In this document: positions 16,655 through 32,000 of the stretch, in pieces
How the letters are laid out: each line of letters begins with the position of its first letter
How positions within the stretch are numbered: position 1 is the stretch's first letter
IMG/VR virus record: IMGVR_UViG_3300032242_000723
Coordinates: 186,001-250,000 of that record
Direction: 5' to 3' (one strand)
Length of the DNA stretch: 64,000 nucleotides
The notes under the pieces: generated by a model
Told to the model about the DNA's origin: nothing
Database searches by the model: none
Seen by the model: the letters and a program-made list of their open reading frames with translations, nothing else
Position numbers and translations under genes: made by a program

Positions 16655-19600
16655 ATGGCAACCAGTTCAAGACAATCAGCATTATTCGGGCTCAATGATT
16701 GGAAGACTATCTACCAAACATTCCAGCAAGCAGACTTTCGCAGCTACGACTATGAGACCCTTCGCAAGAGTTTCGTAGACTACCTTCGTCTCTACTATCC
16801 TGAAACGTTCAACGACTATACTGAATCTTCTGAATATATTGCGTTGCTTGATGTCATGGCATTCATGGGGCAAGGCCTCGCTTTCCGTGATGACCTTAAC
16901 GCTCGTGAAAACTTCATCGATACCGCTGAACGTCGCGACTCTGTTATCAAACTTGCTAATCTAGTAGGATATACTCCTAAGCGTAACCTTGCTGGTCAAG
17001 GCTATCTCAAAGTAACAAGTATCTCTACTACTCAGAATATCAATGACATTAACGGGATGAATTTGAGCAATATTCCTGTTCTTTGGAATGACCCTGCTAA
17101 CCCAAACTGGTTAGAGCAAATGAACACGATTTGGAATGCTACACTTATTAACACTCAGCGTATAGGTAAACCTGGTAACGTGTCTGATCTACTTGGTGTT
17201 ACGACTAGTGAATATGCCATGCAGATTACTCCTAACGCTCTTCCTATTATCCCATTCAATTCCACGATTGACGGACAAACAATGAATTTCGAATTATGTA
17301 GCGTGACTTCTATGGATGAAGATTACGTTTATGAGATTCCACCTGCTCCGTCTGGCAAGTTCAATATGCTATATCGCAATGATAAGTTAGGCTTCGGTAG
17401 CCCTGCAACTGGTTTCTTCTTCTACTTTAAGCAAGGTAGCTTACAGAATTATGACTTCACCTTACAGCAACAGATTTCTAACCAGCTCGTTGATGTCAAC
17501 ATTCAGGGAATCAATAACACTGACACTTGGTTATATCAAGTTAACAGCGATAGAACAAACACACTTTGGAAGAAAGTAGATAGCATTTATGCTGATGCAT
17601 ACTTACAGACTGAAACTTCTGGTAAAAAAATCTTCTCAGTAAACTCAAGATTCAATGATCAGGTAAGTTACGTATTCGGTGACGGTGTATTCTCTGAGAT
17701 TCCAGTTGGTAACTTTAGAGCATATGTTCGTGCAGGTAATGCATTGACCTATGTTATCGACCCTAGCGAAATGAACGGGGTCTCCGTTGCGTTCACTTAT
17801 ATTGATCGTACTGGTCGCCCGCAAACTCTTACGGTTGGACTATCGTTGCCATTAACTGTATCAAACGCACAGGCCCGAGAAACACTTGCTGATATCAAGC
17901 AACGTGCTCCTACTCGCTATTATTCGCAAAACAGAATGGTAAACGGTGAAGATTACAACAACTTCCCATATACGCTTTATAGCTCAATCATCAAATCAAA
18001 ATCGATCAATCGTTCTTCAGTTGGTGTATCAAAGAATTTAGATTTACTTGACCCAACTGGTAAGTATTCAAGCACAAACTCGTTTGGTGCTGATGGTGCT
18101 TTGTACCAAACCAATACTGATGGGTTCTTGTCACTAACCGTAAACAACACCAGTGATATTATCTCTTTCTTTACTAATACGCTTGCATCTGTCCTTTCGT
18201 TGAATCGTGCAACACAGTATTATATTCAGAACTACCCAAGATATAATGTCAATACTTCAACTGGTGATGGCACTGTTTATTGGAAAACGAGTACAGTGGA
18301 TACCGGACAAGAATCTGGCTATCTGTATACTATATTAGGTGCAATTAAGACACCTACATCAGTCGGTACATATTCAAGTACTAATGTCAAATATGTAACA
18401 GTTGGGGCTATCTGTAGATTTGATGCTCCTACTGGTTATTACTTTGACAACAATAATAGATTGGTAGCAGGTATTGCACCTTCTGGCAGTTCTACGTTTG
18501 TTTGGACAACTATACTTGATGTTATCGGAGACGGTAGTAATAATGGTGAAGGCGGCTTTGCAAATGGCTCTGGTCCAATTAAGATCAATGGTTATTTGCC
18601 TGATGGAGTAGTATTGACCCAGATCATTCCCGCATTTGATAATGCTTTATCACAAAATATCATCAACGAAGCAATCATTCGTATCGAATTACAACAAAAT
18701 TTCACATTATTGTTTAACAATTCACTATTGATCAATCAAGAACGCTGGTCAATCAATAATTACACTGACACTAATTATTTTGTTAAGTTCACTAGTGATG
18801 GCAACAATAATTATACTGTTACCTATAAATCATTGACTTACTATTTCGGATCAGTTGCTGATACTAGATTTACGCTCAACAAGAATGAGTTGGTATATGA
18901 TCCTTTCTCGGGTAAAATCATACAAGACTTCATTAATATGCTTGCAATCAACAGTCAACCTGGCTCAAGTAGTCCTTTGGGAAAAGACACTAAGGTAAAC
19001 ATCTTAGGTCAAACAGTTGAATCAGACGGATACATCAATGACTTCCAAGTTGAAGTTGCTGCAACTGACGTGAATAATAGACAGCTTATATTAAATCCTG
19101 ATTTCTTTAATACTATCACCGGATACGGCAGCGTTGCAGGTGCATATGTATTCTTTGAAACAGTACAAGATCCAATCAATCTAACTCGTCAATATATTAT
19201 TCCTACATCAACTGTTGTATATCAGTATCCAACTATTACTCAAATTGAGGTCGCGAAGTATGACTATCCTCTCGGTCAAATCTTCTATGCAACTACTGAA
19301 AATGTGTTCTACACTACTATCCAAAATCCAGTAGTATTGACCCCTTCATATATTGTTATACCTCAACTACAATATTCAATGAAGCCTGGTCGTCAGGCAC
19401 TGTCATTTCAGTATAGACATAACTCAAACAATACAAATCGTATCGATCCGGTAACAACTAACATCATTGATCTATACGTTGTAACTCAGGCATATTATAC
19501 TGCATATCAAAATTGGATTAAAGATACAACTGGAACAGTAGCAGAACCTACTCGCCCAACAATCAATGAACTTAGCCAAGATTACGGAAAAGTTCAAGAT

Positions 19601-20014
19601 TACAAAATGTTGTCGGATGCAGTTATATTAAATAGTGTAGTGTTCAAACCACTGTTCGGTCCTAAAGCGGCCCCTGCATTGCGAGGCACTATTAAAGTTA
19701 TTAAAGCAAGCAATACAAGTGCAAGTGACAGTGAAATAAGAAGTGCAGCGTTAACTGCAATGAACTCATACTTCAATGTCAACAACTGGAATTTCGGAGA
19801 TACGTTCTATTTCTCTGAGTTAAGTGCATATCTTCACGCTGAAGTAGGTGAGTTGATTAGTTCTGCTGTATTAGTATCAAACGACCCGACTAAACCTTTT
19901 GGAGATTTATATGAGATCAAATGCTTACCTTATGAGATTTTCGTGAACGCAGCAACCGCCGATGATGTGTTGGTAGTCCCAGCACTTACCCCAGTTGAAT
20001 TACAGGTTAGATAA
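16655..20014 (+). CDS. gp6: Baseplate wedge subunit gp6-like (baseplate J family)
   Basis: DF.SYD..TLR, FND..ESS, ENF.DTA.RRDSV..LA..VGY.P, FGDG.F, QNRMV..EDY motifs. Confidence 0.85.
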   Translation: MATSSRQSALFGLNDWKTIYQTFQQADFRSYDYETLRKSFVDYLRLYYPETFNDYTESSEYIALLDVMAFMGQGLAFRDDLNARENFIDTAERRDSVIKLANLVGYTPKRNLAGQGYLKVTSISTTQNINDINGMNLSNIPVLWNDPANPNWLEQMNTIWNATLINTQRIGKPGNVSDLLGVTTSEYAMQITPNALPIIPFNSTIDGQTMNFELCSVTSMDEDYVYEIPPAPSGKFNMLYRNDKLGFGSPATGFFFYFKQGSLQNYDFTLQQQISNQLVDVNIQGINNTDTWLYQVNSDRTNTLWKKVDSIYADAYLQTETSGKKIFSVNSRFNDQVSYVFGDGVFSEIPVGNFRAYVRAGNALTYVIDPSEMNGVSVAFTYIDRTGRPQTLTVGLSLPLTVSNAQARETLADIKQRAPTRYYSQNRMVNGEDYNNFPYTLYSSIIKSKSINRSSVGVSKNLDLLDPTGKYSSTNSFGADGALYQTNTDGFLSLTVNNTSDIISFFTNTLASVLSLNRATQYYIQNYPRYNVNTSTGDGTVYWKTSTVDTGQESGYLYTILGAIKTPTSVGTYSSTNVKYVTVGAICRFDAPTGYYFDNNNRLVAGIAPSGSSTFVWTTILDVIGDGSNNGEGGFANGSGPIKINGYLPDGVVLTQIIPAFDNALSQNIINEAIIRIELQQNFTLLFNNSLLINQERWSINNYTDTNYFVKFTSDGNNNYTVTYKSLTYYFGSVADTRFTLNKNELVYDPFSGKIIQDFINMLAINSQPGSSSPLGKDTKVNILGQTVESDGYINDFQVEVAATDVNNRQLILNPDFFNTITGYGSVAGAYVFFETVQDPINLTRQYIIPTSTVVYQYPTITQIEVAKYDYPLGQIFYATTENVFYTTIQNPVVLTPSYIVIPQLQYSMKPGRQALSFQYRHNSNNTNRIDPVTTNIIDLYVVTQAYYTAYQNWIKDTTGTVAEPTRPTINELSQDYGKVQDYKMLSDAVILNSVVFKPLFGPKAAPALRGTIKVIKASNTSASDSEIRSAALTAMNSYFNVNNWNFGDTFYFSELSAYLHAEVGELISSAVLVSNDPTKPFGDLYEIKCLPYEIFVNAATADDVLVVPALTPVELQVR

Positions 20015-20022
20015 GTATATAC

Positions 20023-23000
20023 ATGGCTAGAATTAGGACACTAAACTTTCTCCCGGATATTTTCCAAACACCGTCGAACGCTGAGTTCTTCGGAGCAACT
20101 CTTGATCAGCTAGTAAATCCACCTAGCATCACAAAGATTCAAGGTTATGTAGGTAGCCGTTTTGGAACGGGAGTCAACGCGAAAGATTATTATGTAGTTG
20201 AACCTACAAAAACTCGTGTTGATTACCAACTTGATCCTGGCGTAGTGTTTACAAAGCCCAATGAATCTGTAGCAAAAGACTTTATCAGTTATCCTGGTAT
20301 TCTCGACTCTATTGCAATGCAAGGTGGCATCGTTGACAACAATAGCAGACTATTCACTAGTCAGTTCTATTCATGGGATTCATTTACTGATCTAGACAAG
20401 ACCATCAACTTCAATCAGTACTACTGGTTGCCAGAAGGTCCTCCTGCTGTTACTGTTGCCGCTGCGTCGGTTTTCTCTAAGGAAAATTACACCGTTACTG
20501 ACTTGCCTAATGGCTATAGCATCGCTGCAGGTGCAGGTGCAGGAACTATTAATCCTACTCTTACTCTATTGAGAGGCGGTACGTATACATTCTCAGTAAG
20601 TCAAACCTCACAGTTTTGGATTCAAGGGGCACCCGGTGTATCAGGATATTCTCCTCTTCAACCTAATCAGCCTGTACGAGATGTGTTTGGTGTTAGTAAC
20701 AATGGAGCTTCTACTGGCATCGTTACCTTTGCAGTTCCTTCTAAAACTGCACAAGACGAATATGCATTTCCCGGTAACAACGTTGTTGATGTAGTAAGTA
20801 CTACTCCTTTTGATCAAGTCAACGGAATGCCTGTTACTTCTACTACAAATATCGATGGCGTAACTGCATTAGAAGGTCTACGTGTTATGTTTTATAACAC
20901 GGGAGTAGTGAATGAGATAGGATATATTTCATCTTATTTCGGCGAAACATCGTTTGATACCAACAATGATTTGATTGTTGCTCCGATCACGCTTACCGTA
21001 GGTAGCTCATCGACTACCGCATTCAGTTTATCGTCAGGTACAACTGCGTTACTAAATGTAGGTAACACAATTACCTTTGATAATCCCGTGTTCGGTGGCA
21101 TCACCGGCGGGCAAGTTTACTATATTAACGAAATCGTAAATTCAACCGATTTCAAGATTTCTCTGACATTGGGCGGAACAAACATCGCGTTAACTTCTGG
21201 TTCAGGTACGATGACCGTGAACATTAATCAGGGCCTATATGAAGAAGGATTCTATACTACAGTAGCACAGAATTTCTATCGTGTAACATATGTAGGTGAT
21301 CCTGACAGCCCAGTAATCAGATTAGTTCCAGATGGATTGATTCCGTCTGAGCAACGAATCACACCTACTTACGGCAATACATGGCACAATCTTCCATTTT
21401 ATCGTAATACTCTAGGCGTTATTAATCTAATCCCTTACATCACGGCTCCTTTGGATGTCCTGTATTATCAAGATGGTACTAGCAGTAACAAAATAGGTAT
21501 CATCCGTCTTATTGAAAACAATTTAAACAATACTATCAATGTTGAGACTCAAATTTTAGGTAAAACTAATTATACCTCAACTACTGGTGTAGCGTTTACT
21601 AATGGATTAAAAGTTAAGTTTGACGGCGACGTTATCCCTTCAAGTTATCTAACGGGTGAATACTATGTCGAAGGTGTAGGTACTGCAATCGAACTAGTAC
21701 CAGTGATAGATTTAGTTTCTCCGGAAAAATTTACAATCAACCAATATATTCTGTACGACTTGCTGAAGTATGATATAGAAAATTTCGACTCGACTTTGAA
21801 TATTCCGGTTACACCTGATTACATTACTATAGCTAGAAATTCTATTAGCAAGAATGCATGGTCGAGAAGCAATAGATGGTTCCACATCGATGTTATCAAT
21901 GCGACTGCAACTTACAATAATGATCCTACAATCACGACAAAATATGCGACCGGAACAAACAAAGCAGTTCGTCCTATCGTTGAGTTTTATCCAAACTTGA
22001 AGTTATGGGATTCAGGCATTATTGGTAAAAACCCAGTTGACTTTATTGATTATCGCACAACTGACGCACTATCAACTGTGTCAGGATCACTAAACTACTA
22101 TCCTGACGTTCAAGTGTATTCTACCAATACAGCAACTATTACTGCAAGTTCAGTAATTCCGATTGCTGCATCAGCAATGGTGCCTGGCACTACTTACAAG
22201 ATCACTGAGGTCGGCACAACAAATTGGAATACAGTAGCAGGCACTATAGATCAATACTACTATGTCGGTCAATCTGTTCTATGTGCTGTCGCAGGTACTG
22301 GAACGGGTAAAGGTCTTCCGTTAACTACTTCAACTACTATCACTGTACCTGCAAGTGCAGTGACAGGTAGTTTGGTTAACTATATGTTCATAGCAGATTC
22401 ATTGAATTTGTTGCCGCCCAACTCACAGATTACTAATATTTCAGGAACAACCACATTAACTCTAACGATCAGTTGGGAGACACCGCAACAGATAGTAGGA
22501 GGAACTTCGGTATCTATAGTAGCATCTGACACTACTGTAAACAACTATGGATTGTTTCCTGGCGCAAGAGTAGTCTTTGCAGCAGATACTGAAGTAAGTA
22601 TTCGTAACAAGATTTATGTTGCAAATTTCTCATCTATAACTCCATTCTCTGCTCCTGTTATTACTTTAACATTGGCTGAAGATGGGGTCTGTTTACCCGA
22701 TAGTCAAATAGTAGTAACACGTGGATTTACAAATCAAGGTTTAAGCTTTCACTTTGACGGCCTAAACTGGAATGCATCTCAGCAAAAAACTAACTTAAAC
22801 CAAGCTCCATTATTTGACATATTCGATGAGAACGGAATCAGTTTAGGTGATACTGATATCTACCAAAGTACATCGTTTGCAGGATGCAAATTGTTTGCAT
22901 ATGGATATGGCTCTGGTACTGAAGATACTGTTTTAGGTTTCCCAATTCGTTATAGTTCGTTCGATAATGTAGGGGACATCAGTTTTGACATTTCATTCAA

Positions 23001-26000
23001 TTTAGATACGTTTGATTATGTACGCAACGGTGCCCCTATCAATAGTAAGGTAAATATTGGTTATGTGTATAATTACACATCGGCTACTACCAACATAAGA
23101 CAATTAGGTTGGCAAACTGCTATTGCACCTAGTATACAATATCAAAACTTTAGTTTCAACTATGTAGCATCTGCTCCTAATGCAACATTTGCATGTAATA
23201 TCGCAGCACTTGCTAATCTTGCGACTGGAGAAAAAGGTTGGCCAAGAGTACAAGTGTATATTAATAATGTATACCAAAATTCAGATACTTATAAGGTTGA
23301 CATCGGAACAAACACCACTATTATTACCCTATTAGGTGATCTCCCTACTGTGGATACTGTAGTACAGATTCAAGTATTGAGTGATCAAGTAAGTAATGTT
23401 GCATATTATAGTGTACCTAATAACCTAAATAATAACCCATTCAATGCTGATTTGACCACTGCAAATATCGGAGACATTAGAGCACAGTATAAAGATATCT
23501 TTATTAATGCTCCTAATACAACAGGTTCTATTTTTGGTGCAAACAACTACAGAGATTGCGGTGATCTAGTTCCTTACGGCACAAAGATCATTCAAAACTC
23601 AGCATCACTAGCTATTCCTGGAGCATTCTTACGCAATCAAGAGCATAACTTATTTGATGCATTGTTGTTTAATAGCAGAGAATACGTTAAGTTCAAGCAG
23701 TTATTAGTTGACACCGTTCAAAACTCTGACTACGTACAGCGGTATGCCCCGTCGCAGATTCTTGACGATGCATTAGATCAAATCACTGCGGCTAAAAGTC
23801 AAATCAATGCATTCTTTTGGTCAGACATGTTACCATCTAAGTCACCTTATATTGGCAACACCTATATATTTAATAATGCCCTTGAAAACACTTTCTATCC
23901 ACTAAGTAAGATTTATAATTTTAGTAGTGCAAACTATGATGGTGTTTTAGTATATCTGTCAAGAACTGTTGACAATGTATTAGTACAAAAACAATTGACT
24001 GTTAATGTTGATTATGTTATTAGTGCCGATTCTCCGTCTCTTGAAATCATTCTTCCAATGCAAGCCGGTGATCAGATAACAATCAAGGAATATAACCAAA
24101 CATACGGTTCATATGTTCCTAATACTCCTACTAAGTTAGGTGTATATCCTGCATTTGAGCCTACTGTTGTTCTTGATTCTGACTATATGGTTCCTACTTA
24201 TTTTATCAAGGGACATGACGGATCATTTAATAAGCTATACGGCGACTACAATGAAACATTAGGTGTGCTTATTGACTTCAGAGACCAAGCACTACTAGAA
24301 TTTGAACTAAGAGTTTACAACAATCTTAAATTAAGTGCTAAGGTTCCAATTGCTCGTTACGAAGTTGTGCCTGGGTATTTTAGGAACCCAACGTATTCTT
24401 GGGATAATTTCTTAGATATCTATAGCACTTCCTTCTTGAACTGGATCGGGCAAAATCATTTAGATTATAAGACTCAATACTTCACGAAGAACAACGAATT
24501 TAGTTATAACTATACTAACTCAGCAAACAAACTTGATCAAACTCCAATCAAGCAGGGATATTGGAGAGGTGTTTATGAGTATTTCTATGATACTACAACT
24601 CCAAATGAAACTCCTTGGGAAATGCTTGCATTTGCTAACATGCCAACTTGGTGGACTGCACGATATGGTCCGGCACCATATACAAGCGACAACGGCGTCC
24701 TTTGGGGTGACTTAGAACTAGGCTTGATTTGGAATAACGGGAATCCGTATATTCAACCTGAACTTGCTCGTCCTGGGTTGTCAAATATTATTCCAGTAGA
24801 CTCAACAGGCGCTCTTCTTTCACCATTGATTTCTATCGTAGGTAATTACAACCCAAGTACATTCAACAAAGATTGGGTAGTAGGCGACGATGCTCCTACT
24901 GAACTTAGCTATCGTCGTAGCTCAACTTACCCGTTCGACCTAACTCGCATCTTTGCGTTGACTCGTCCTGCTGAGTTCTTCAACTTAGCAGTTGATTTAG
25001 ACAACTACAAATACAATGCAGAGTTTAATCAATATTTGGTCAATGATCGCAGTCACTTAGTGCCATCTAACATTGAAATCTATGGTAACGGTACTGCAAA
25101 GACATCTTACATCAACTGGATTGTTGACTACGAAAAGCAACAGGGCGTTGACGCGACAACCAACATTACGACTCTGCTTAACAATCTAGATGTTAGACTT
25201 GTCTATAGACTTGCAGGTTATAGCGACAAGACCCTTCTTAAGTTTTATGTTGAAAAAGCATCACCGAACAGTAGAAATGCTTCTCTTCTAATTCCAGACG
25301 AAAGCTATTCAGTATTACTTTACGAGAATCAACCCTTCGATCAACTTATGTTTAGTGGTGTTGTCATTCAGCAAAACAAAGACTATTGGACAGTATTCGG
25401 CAACTCACAGAACGTTGCTTATTTTGAAACACTAGATCCTAGATATAATGGACAAACGGAAACACTTACAGTAGAAAATAAAACGGTAAAGCTTGCCAAA
25501 GATTATGGAACAACTGTTACATTAGTACCGTATGGTACTAAGTTCTACAGTACACAAGATGTTGCTCAGTTCTTAGTAAGTTATGGCAAAAATCTTGAAT
25601 CTAAAGGAATGATGTTTGATGAGATTCAAAATGGAGTTCCTATCACCTGGGCTCAAATGGTTAATGAATTCTTGTATTGGACTCAAACTGGTTGGGAAGA
25701 TGGCAGCATCATTACGGTAAATCCAGCAGCAACTAAGATGCAGATCAATCCACCTAGTGCGATTGTGCAGCCGCTGACCATCCAACAACAGAACTTCATT
25801 CTGAATCAGAACCTATATCCTATCAATTTAAAGGACCTGTGCGTAAATCGTGACGGCACATTATTCAGTGCTCATACGTTAAGCGACGGTGATGCAATGT
25901 CATACGCACAGTTTAATATTAGTAACTTTGAGCACGGTATCGTATTTGATAATGTGACAATGTTCAATGATGTCATCTATAATCTTACGACTGGTCTTCG

Positions 26001-29000
26001 TCAAAACCGTATTAGTGTTCGAGGCACGAAGACTGCTGAATGGAACGGTACTGTAAACGCTTATGGATTCATTCTTAATCAAGATAACGTGAAAGAGTGG
26101 AACGGTAATCTTAAGTATACTAAGGGTGTAATCGTTAAGTACAAGAACAAGTATTGGACAGCATTGAAGGTTATTGAACCTACTATCAAGTTTAATGATC
26201 AAGATTGGAAAGAAGTTGACTACGCTAATATTCAAAAAGGATTATTATCAAACCCGTCAACTCGTGCATACGAAAGTGTGTTGTATTATGATGTCAATCA
26301 AGCAAATCTTGAACAAGACGCTGATCTATTGTCGTTCTCGTTGATAGGATATCGCCCAAGAGATTACCTTGCTTTAGTTGATTTAACTGATACTGCTCAG
26401 GTTCAGGTTTATAAGAACCTAATCAAGAATAAGGGTACTCGCAATTCAATTAATGCGTTCAAGGGAGCTAATCTACCTCAAGGGGGTATTCAGTACGATG
26501 CATATGAAAACTGGTCTATCAAGACTGGTAAGTTTGGTGGCGTACTAAACGAAAACTTCGTTGAGTTCAAAGTCAATCAAGAGTACATGACTGGTAATCC
26601 ATCAATCGTAAGCTTGACTGAGGGAACATATACGGTTGGCTCTATGCAAGAAGTTCCACTTTACAGCTTGTTTAACTATGGTAGTACAATAGATTCTCCT
26701 AATATACTAAGCACCACTAATGCTGAGCCTCATACATATCTGTACCCAAGTGCAGGTTACGTGAACTTTAACGATGTCAAGATGTCATCATATTTCTATT
26801 CTGGTCTGCCATTCGCAGTAGACGGAAACGGCATCACAGTTCCTATTCAAAGTTTCTACGTTGGCGAGTACATGTGGCTCGCAAACTTCAAAGAACGTTG
26901 GGAAGTTTACAGATGGAAGCCAGTTGGACAAGTTGTTCAAGTTAGAAATAATCTGAATGCAACTGCTACTGTTACATTTAGCACACCTCATGGTTTGTCC
27001 AAGTACGATCCTATGTCAATCATTAATTTTGCAGACAACATCAACGGGTATTATATCGTAACCGAAATTGTTAGTTTGACAGAGATATTAATTAATCTAA
27101 CTGCCAACGTGAGCGGCACTTCAGCCATTCAAGGTCGTGGTATTGGTATGAAGTTCGAATCGCAACGTGTGGCTACACCTGCTGACATTGCTGCACTTGA
27201 TTTAACTGAAAATGAGTTCATCAAGAATACTGTTTGGGTTGATACCAACAACGACGGTAACTGGGCAGTGTATCGCAAGAGTATTAACTATCTATATCAA
27301 ACTGAACTTGAAAAATCAGGTACAACTACATTAGGTTCAGCAGTTGCTTATACTCCTCAAATGGGTTATTTGGTAAGTGATGCTGCCGCAGGCAAACTAT
27401 ATCGATATGCGTATGATGCACTCACTGAAACATATGCACTTGCTGAAACAAAAACTGGATCAACTTCGTTTGGTTCTACCATCGTTTATGCACAAGCAAG
27501 TAACATTTACGTAGTATCCGAACCAACTAGCGGTTCCCCTAAAGTTTACATCTATGTGTTGAACAATACTGTTGTGTCAGATGACATCGTAACTTACCAG
27601 ACTCCAATAGCTGCTCCAGGTGGAGTAACAAACTGGGGTAGCAAGTTAGCATTATCAGACGATGCTAGATGGTTGTATGTGTCGGATTCAGCTAATAACA
27701 AAGTTTATGTTTATCGTCAAGATAGAATCAAACTAAATGCAGGATACTTTGTTGTTGGTCAAACTTATATCATCACGTCAGTTGGCACTACCGATTTTAC
27801 TGCGATCGGCGCAATCGACAACCAAATAGGCATTACATTTGTCGCGACTGGTGTCGGCACAGGTAATGGTACTGCTACCCAAATCACTTATCGTCAATCG
27901 ACTATAATTGACGGTGCATCATATGGTCTTACATTAGGTGATGGTTTCGGTAAAGCAATCGCGACTGGTAGCGATAGCAGTGTATTGGTAGTTGGCGCAC
28001 CAGAGGTAGATTACAGTGCGACTATCACTGACTGGGGTAAAGCATATGCGTTTACAAGAACAGTACAAAACTTTAACGTACAGTCTAGCAGCCTGCCTAA
28101 TCAACCACAAACTTATAAGTTAGGTTGGACTCCTACTGCTGGAACTGCACGAACAGCAAGTGCGACATCAGCATCTACCAATCGTATTACTTGTAGCGGA
28201 TCAATGACTGGATTTGCAGTGAACGATCCTGTTGTCTTTGCAGGCGCAACATTCGGCGATAGTAATGTTTCTCCTACTCAAGTTTATTATATTCACGGTA
28301 TTTCAGGTAGCGAAATCTCAATCAAGCTTTCGCGTTCTTCAACTACTGCGGTGCAGTTAAAAAATGCATCAAGTCTATCATTCTCAGTTTATGTTCAAGT
28401 TGATCCCCTCTATGTTCAAATTAACGGTATCATGGTTGATGACAACAACTATGGTGTAATCGGTAGCAACTTTGTATATTATGGAACAACATTTGCAGGT
28501 GATATCATCAATGTAAGTGATAATCAGTTCTACCTAACTCAAACATTCAACTCTAAATATACCGATAGAGTAGGTGCACATTTTGGTTATGCGATTGATT
28601 GTACAAGTCGTTGCACTGATATTCTCATCGGTTCACCTTTTGAAATTGATACTGCTGACCAAGAAGGTGCTGCATATAGATTTACTAACGGCGGCGCAAG
28701 ATATGGTCTAGTAGTAGGTGCAGCAGTGTGTAATATAACTGCACCAACTCAAGTATTGATCAATGGTTATTTGACCTATCTACCTATCGGCAACGCTACA
28801 GTGATTGCTAAAGCAATCAATCAAAGCCAGATTATTAATGTTCAAGCAACCGCAACTGCTGACAACAAGTTGATCATTCAACTGATTGATACTACACTTG
28901 CACAGGTAAATGATAAATTAGTAATCACTGCGTTTGATACGACTACTCTAACTCAACTTGGTATTCAAGTTTACACGAATACTCAGATCATCAAGTGTCC

Positions 29001-32000
29001 ACATACCCAAGGACCATCACAGTTCGGAACTAACATCAAATATAACGAGTTTGATAGTGTATTGATTTCAGCTCCTGCAGGAACTCGTTATGAAGGTACA
29101 GTATTTGACTTCACTGATGATGAAAACTTCGACAATGATACGGTGTTTGATAATAATGCAACTCGTTTTGTAGAATCATATCCAAATGCTGGTGCAGTAT
29201 ACATGTTTGATTATCTAGAAGAATATAACGAAAGCGTTATTACTTCTGGCGCATACGTATATGCACAAAGCGTAAATAATACTTCAACTGATTATGGTTA
29301 TAATCCAAACTATGGTGCCGCACTTGAGTTCAATGATAACATTGTAGTCGTTGGTGCACCTGACTATTTGCCAGCTTCAGTCGGCGGACAGGTTACTGTC
29401 TACAATAACGCAACAGGAATCACTGACTGGGCTATATTCAGACAGTCAGCGGCTGTTGTTGATATTGAGAAGATTCAAAACACTCAACTGTTTAGTGCAA
29501 CAACAAATAATACTCTTATAAATTTTGATTACATTGATCCATTGCAAGGTAAGATTCTAGGCGCGGCTCGCGAAAACCTTGACTTCGTAACAAGCGTTGA
29601 TCCTGCAAAGTACAACAGTGATGTAAATGCACCAACCAATTATATTTGGGGTGCTGATCACGTGGGTATGCTTTGGTTCAATACTGCTAATACTCGTTTC
29701 GTCAACTATCATCAAAATGATGTCGTATACAATAGCAAGCATTGGGGACAATTGTTCCCTGGTTCAGACGTTGCAGTTTATAGTTGGATCGCAAGTTTCA
29801 TTCCACCTGTAAACTATCAAGGTCCTGGCGTCCCGCTTGACATTAACAAGTTCTGTGTTAACGCCGTACTAAACTCATCAGATGTACTATCTCCTATCTA
29901 CTATTTTTGGGTTCGTAACACTAATGTCATCTTTACTCAAACCGGTAAAACACTATCTGATAATGTAGTAGCATCGTATATTGCTAATCCAGCAGCTTCA
30001 GGTATCGCATACATGGCACCGTTACTTCCGAACACGTTTGCTATGTATAATGCAGGAGACTATTTCAACGCGAATGATACTGTATTCCATATCGGATATG
30101 CTAACGGCACAACTGATGATGTATCTCACCAAGAGTTTGCACTTATCAGAGAAGATTATGCAGATGACTTCTTGCCAGGCATCCCAGGTATCACTGACAC
30201 ATTGACATATGCATCAATTGACGGTAAAACTACTTATAGTAAGTACGGTCACCCCGAAGGACTATATGCTAAACTATTAGACAGTTTATCTGGTGCAGAC
30301 GGTGCAGGACAAGTTGTTCCTAATCCTTATCTACCGTTTGCAGTGCAATCAGGTGTGCTTGCTCGCCCAAGACAGAGTTTATTCTATAATAGATTTATGG
30401 CACTTGACAACTATTTGTCATATGCCAATACGATACTAGCACAATATCCAATTACTGAACTTAGAGAAGAACTTTCGTTCTTATTTACCTCAGGTGAATT
30501 CTTCAACACTCCTGATTATTGGGAATATGTAAACTGGTGGGCAACTGGGTACGACAACAATACAAAGTCATCGTCTCAAGTTCCTATATATGCTGATCTG
30601 TCATCGTTGAATGTAGTTATCAACACTATTGTCACGGTAATGCAAAACGGTGCAGGTAAAGCTGAAGTTTATCGTTATGACGGCAACGGTGTATGGACAC
30701 GTATCGGTCTTGCACAAGGTACGATTGCATTCAAGAATACTCTTTGGGATTACTCAGCAGGTAAATTAGGATTCAGTGGAAACTTCTTTGATACTTCTCC
30801 GTTCGATGAGTATCCAAGTGAAGAAACTCGCAATATCATTCGTGCTCTTAATGAGCAAATCTATATTCAAGATTTGTTGATCTATCGTAATAAGAGCTTG
30901 ATTCTATTGTTTGAATATATTCAGAGTGAAACTGCTGAATCTCAAAACTTCTTACCTTGGTTGAACAAGACTTCATTGGTAGATGTCGCACACACTATTC
31001 GCGAGTTGAAGCCATACGAAGTCTTTAAGACTGACAATCAAGAGTTTTTAGCAGGATATATTAACGAAGTAAAACCATATCACGTGGTAATCAAGGATTT
31101 CTTGTTTAAGTATACTGGTGCTGAAGTATTTGAGGGTGATATCACTGACTTTGATCTTCCTGCAACTTATAACTCGGCGTATCAAGAGTTTATTACTCCT
31201 GAACTTGTATATGGAGTTCCAGAAAATCAATATGAGTTTGCGTTAAGCGACAACATTTGGTCTACTGCTCCGTATTCGCAATGGTTCGCAAACTACGGTG
31301 TTTCTATCGAAGGACAAGAAAACTATAATATCACTACACTAACATCGTATCTAAATCGTAGCTCTAAGTACATACTAGTTGATAATGCACAAGGTTTCCC
31401 AATCAATGGCGTTATGATGATCGGTACCGAGCAAATTGGTTACTCATTAGTAGATCGTGCATTGAATAAGATATCGGGATTGATTAGAGGTGTTAACGGT
31501 ACCGCAGTAGTAGATCATATTCCCGGAACCCCGATCATCATGGATCTTCCGGCAGTATTGCTATTAAGCGGAGGACGAGGATATTCAAATCCTCCTCGCG
31601 TTACTGCGTACATCGATACTGGTAAATATCCTGAACCAACTGTACCTGCTGAATTTGAAGCTGTTATGAATCTTGATTCGGTACTCAGTGTAAACTTGGT
31701 TAATCCAGGACAAGGTTATGCAGTGCTTCCTGAAATCATTATTGAACCTGCTGAGCAGATTTATTTCGATACAACTGCTGTAAATTCTAGTCTTCACACT
31801 ATTACCATGTATGCTCCTAACTTGAGAACAGGTGATATGCTACAATATAAGGTGATTACGGGTACTAGCGTGGGACTTCTTGCAGACAATCAATGGTATT
31901 ATATTAATGTGTTGGAAGACACTCCAACAGCTATAGTAGCTTTATATAAGAATTACAGCAATGCAATAAATGACCATGATCGAATCATGTTGTACTATCA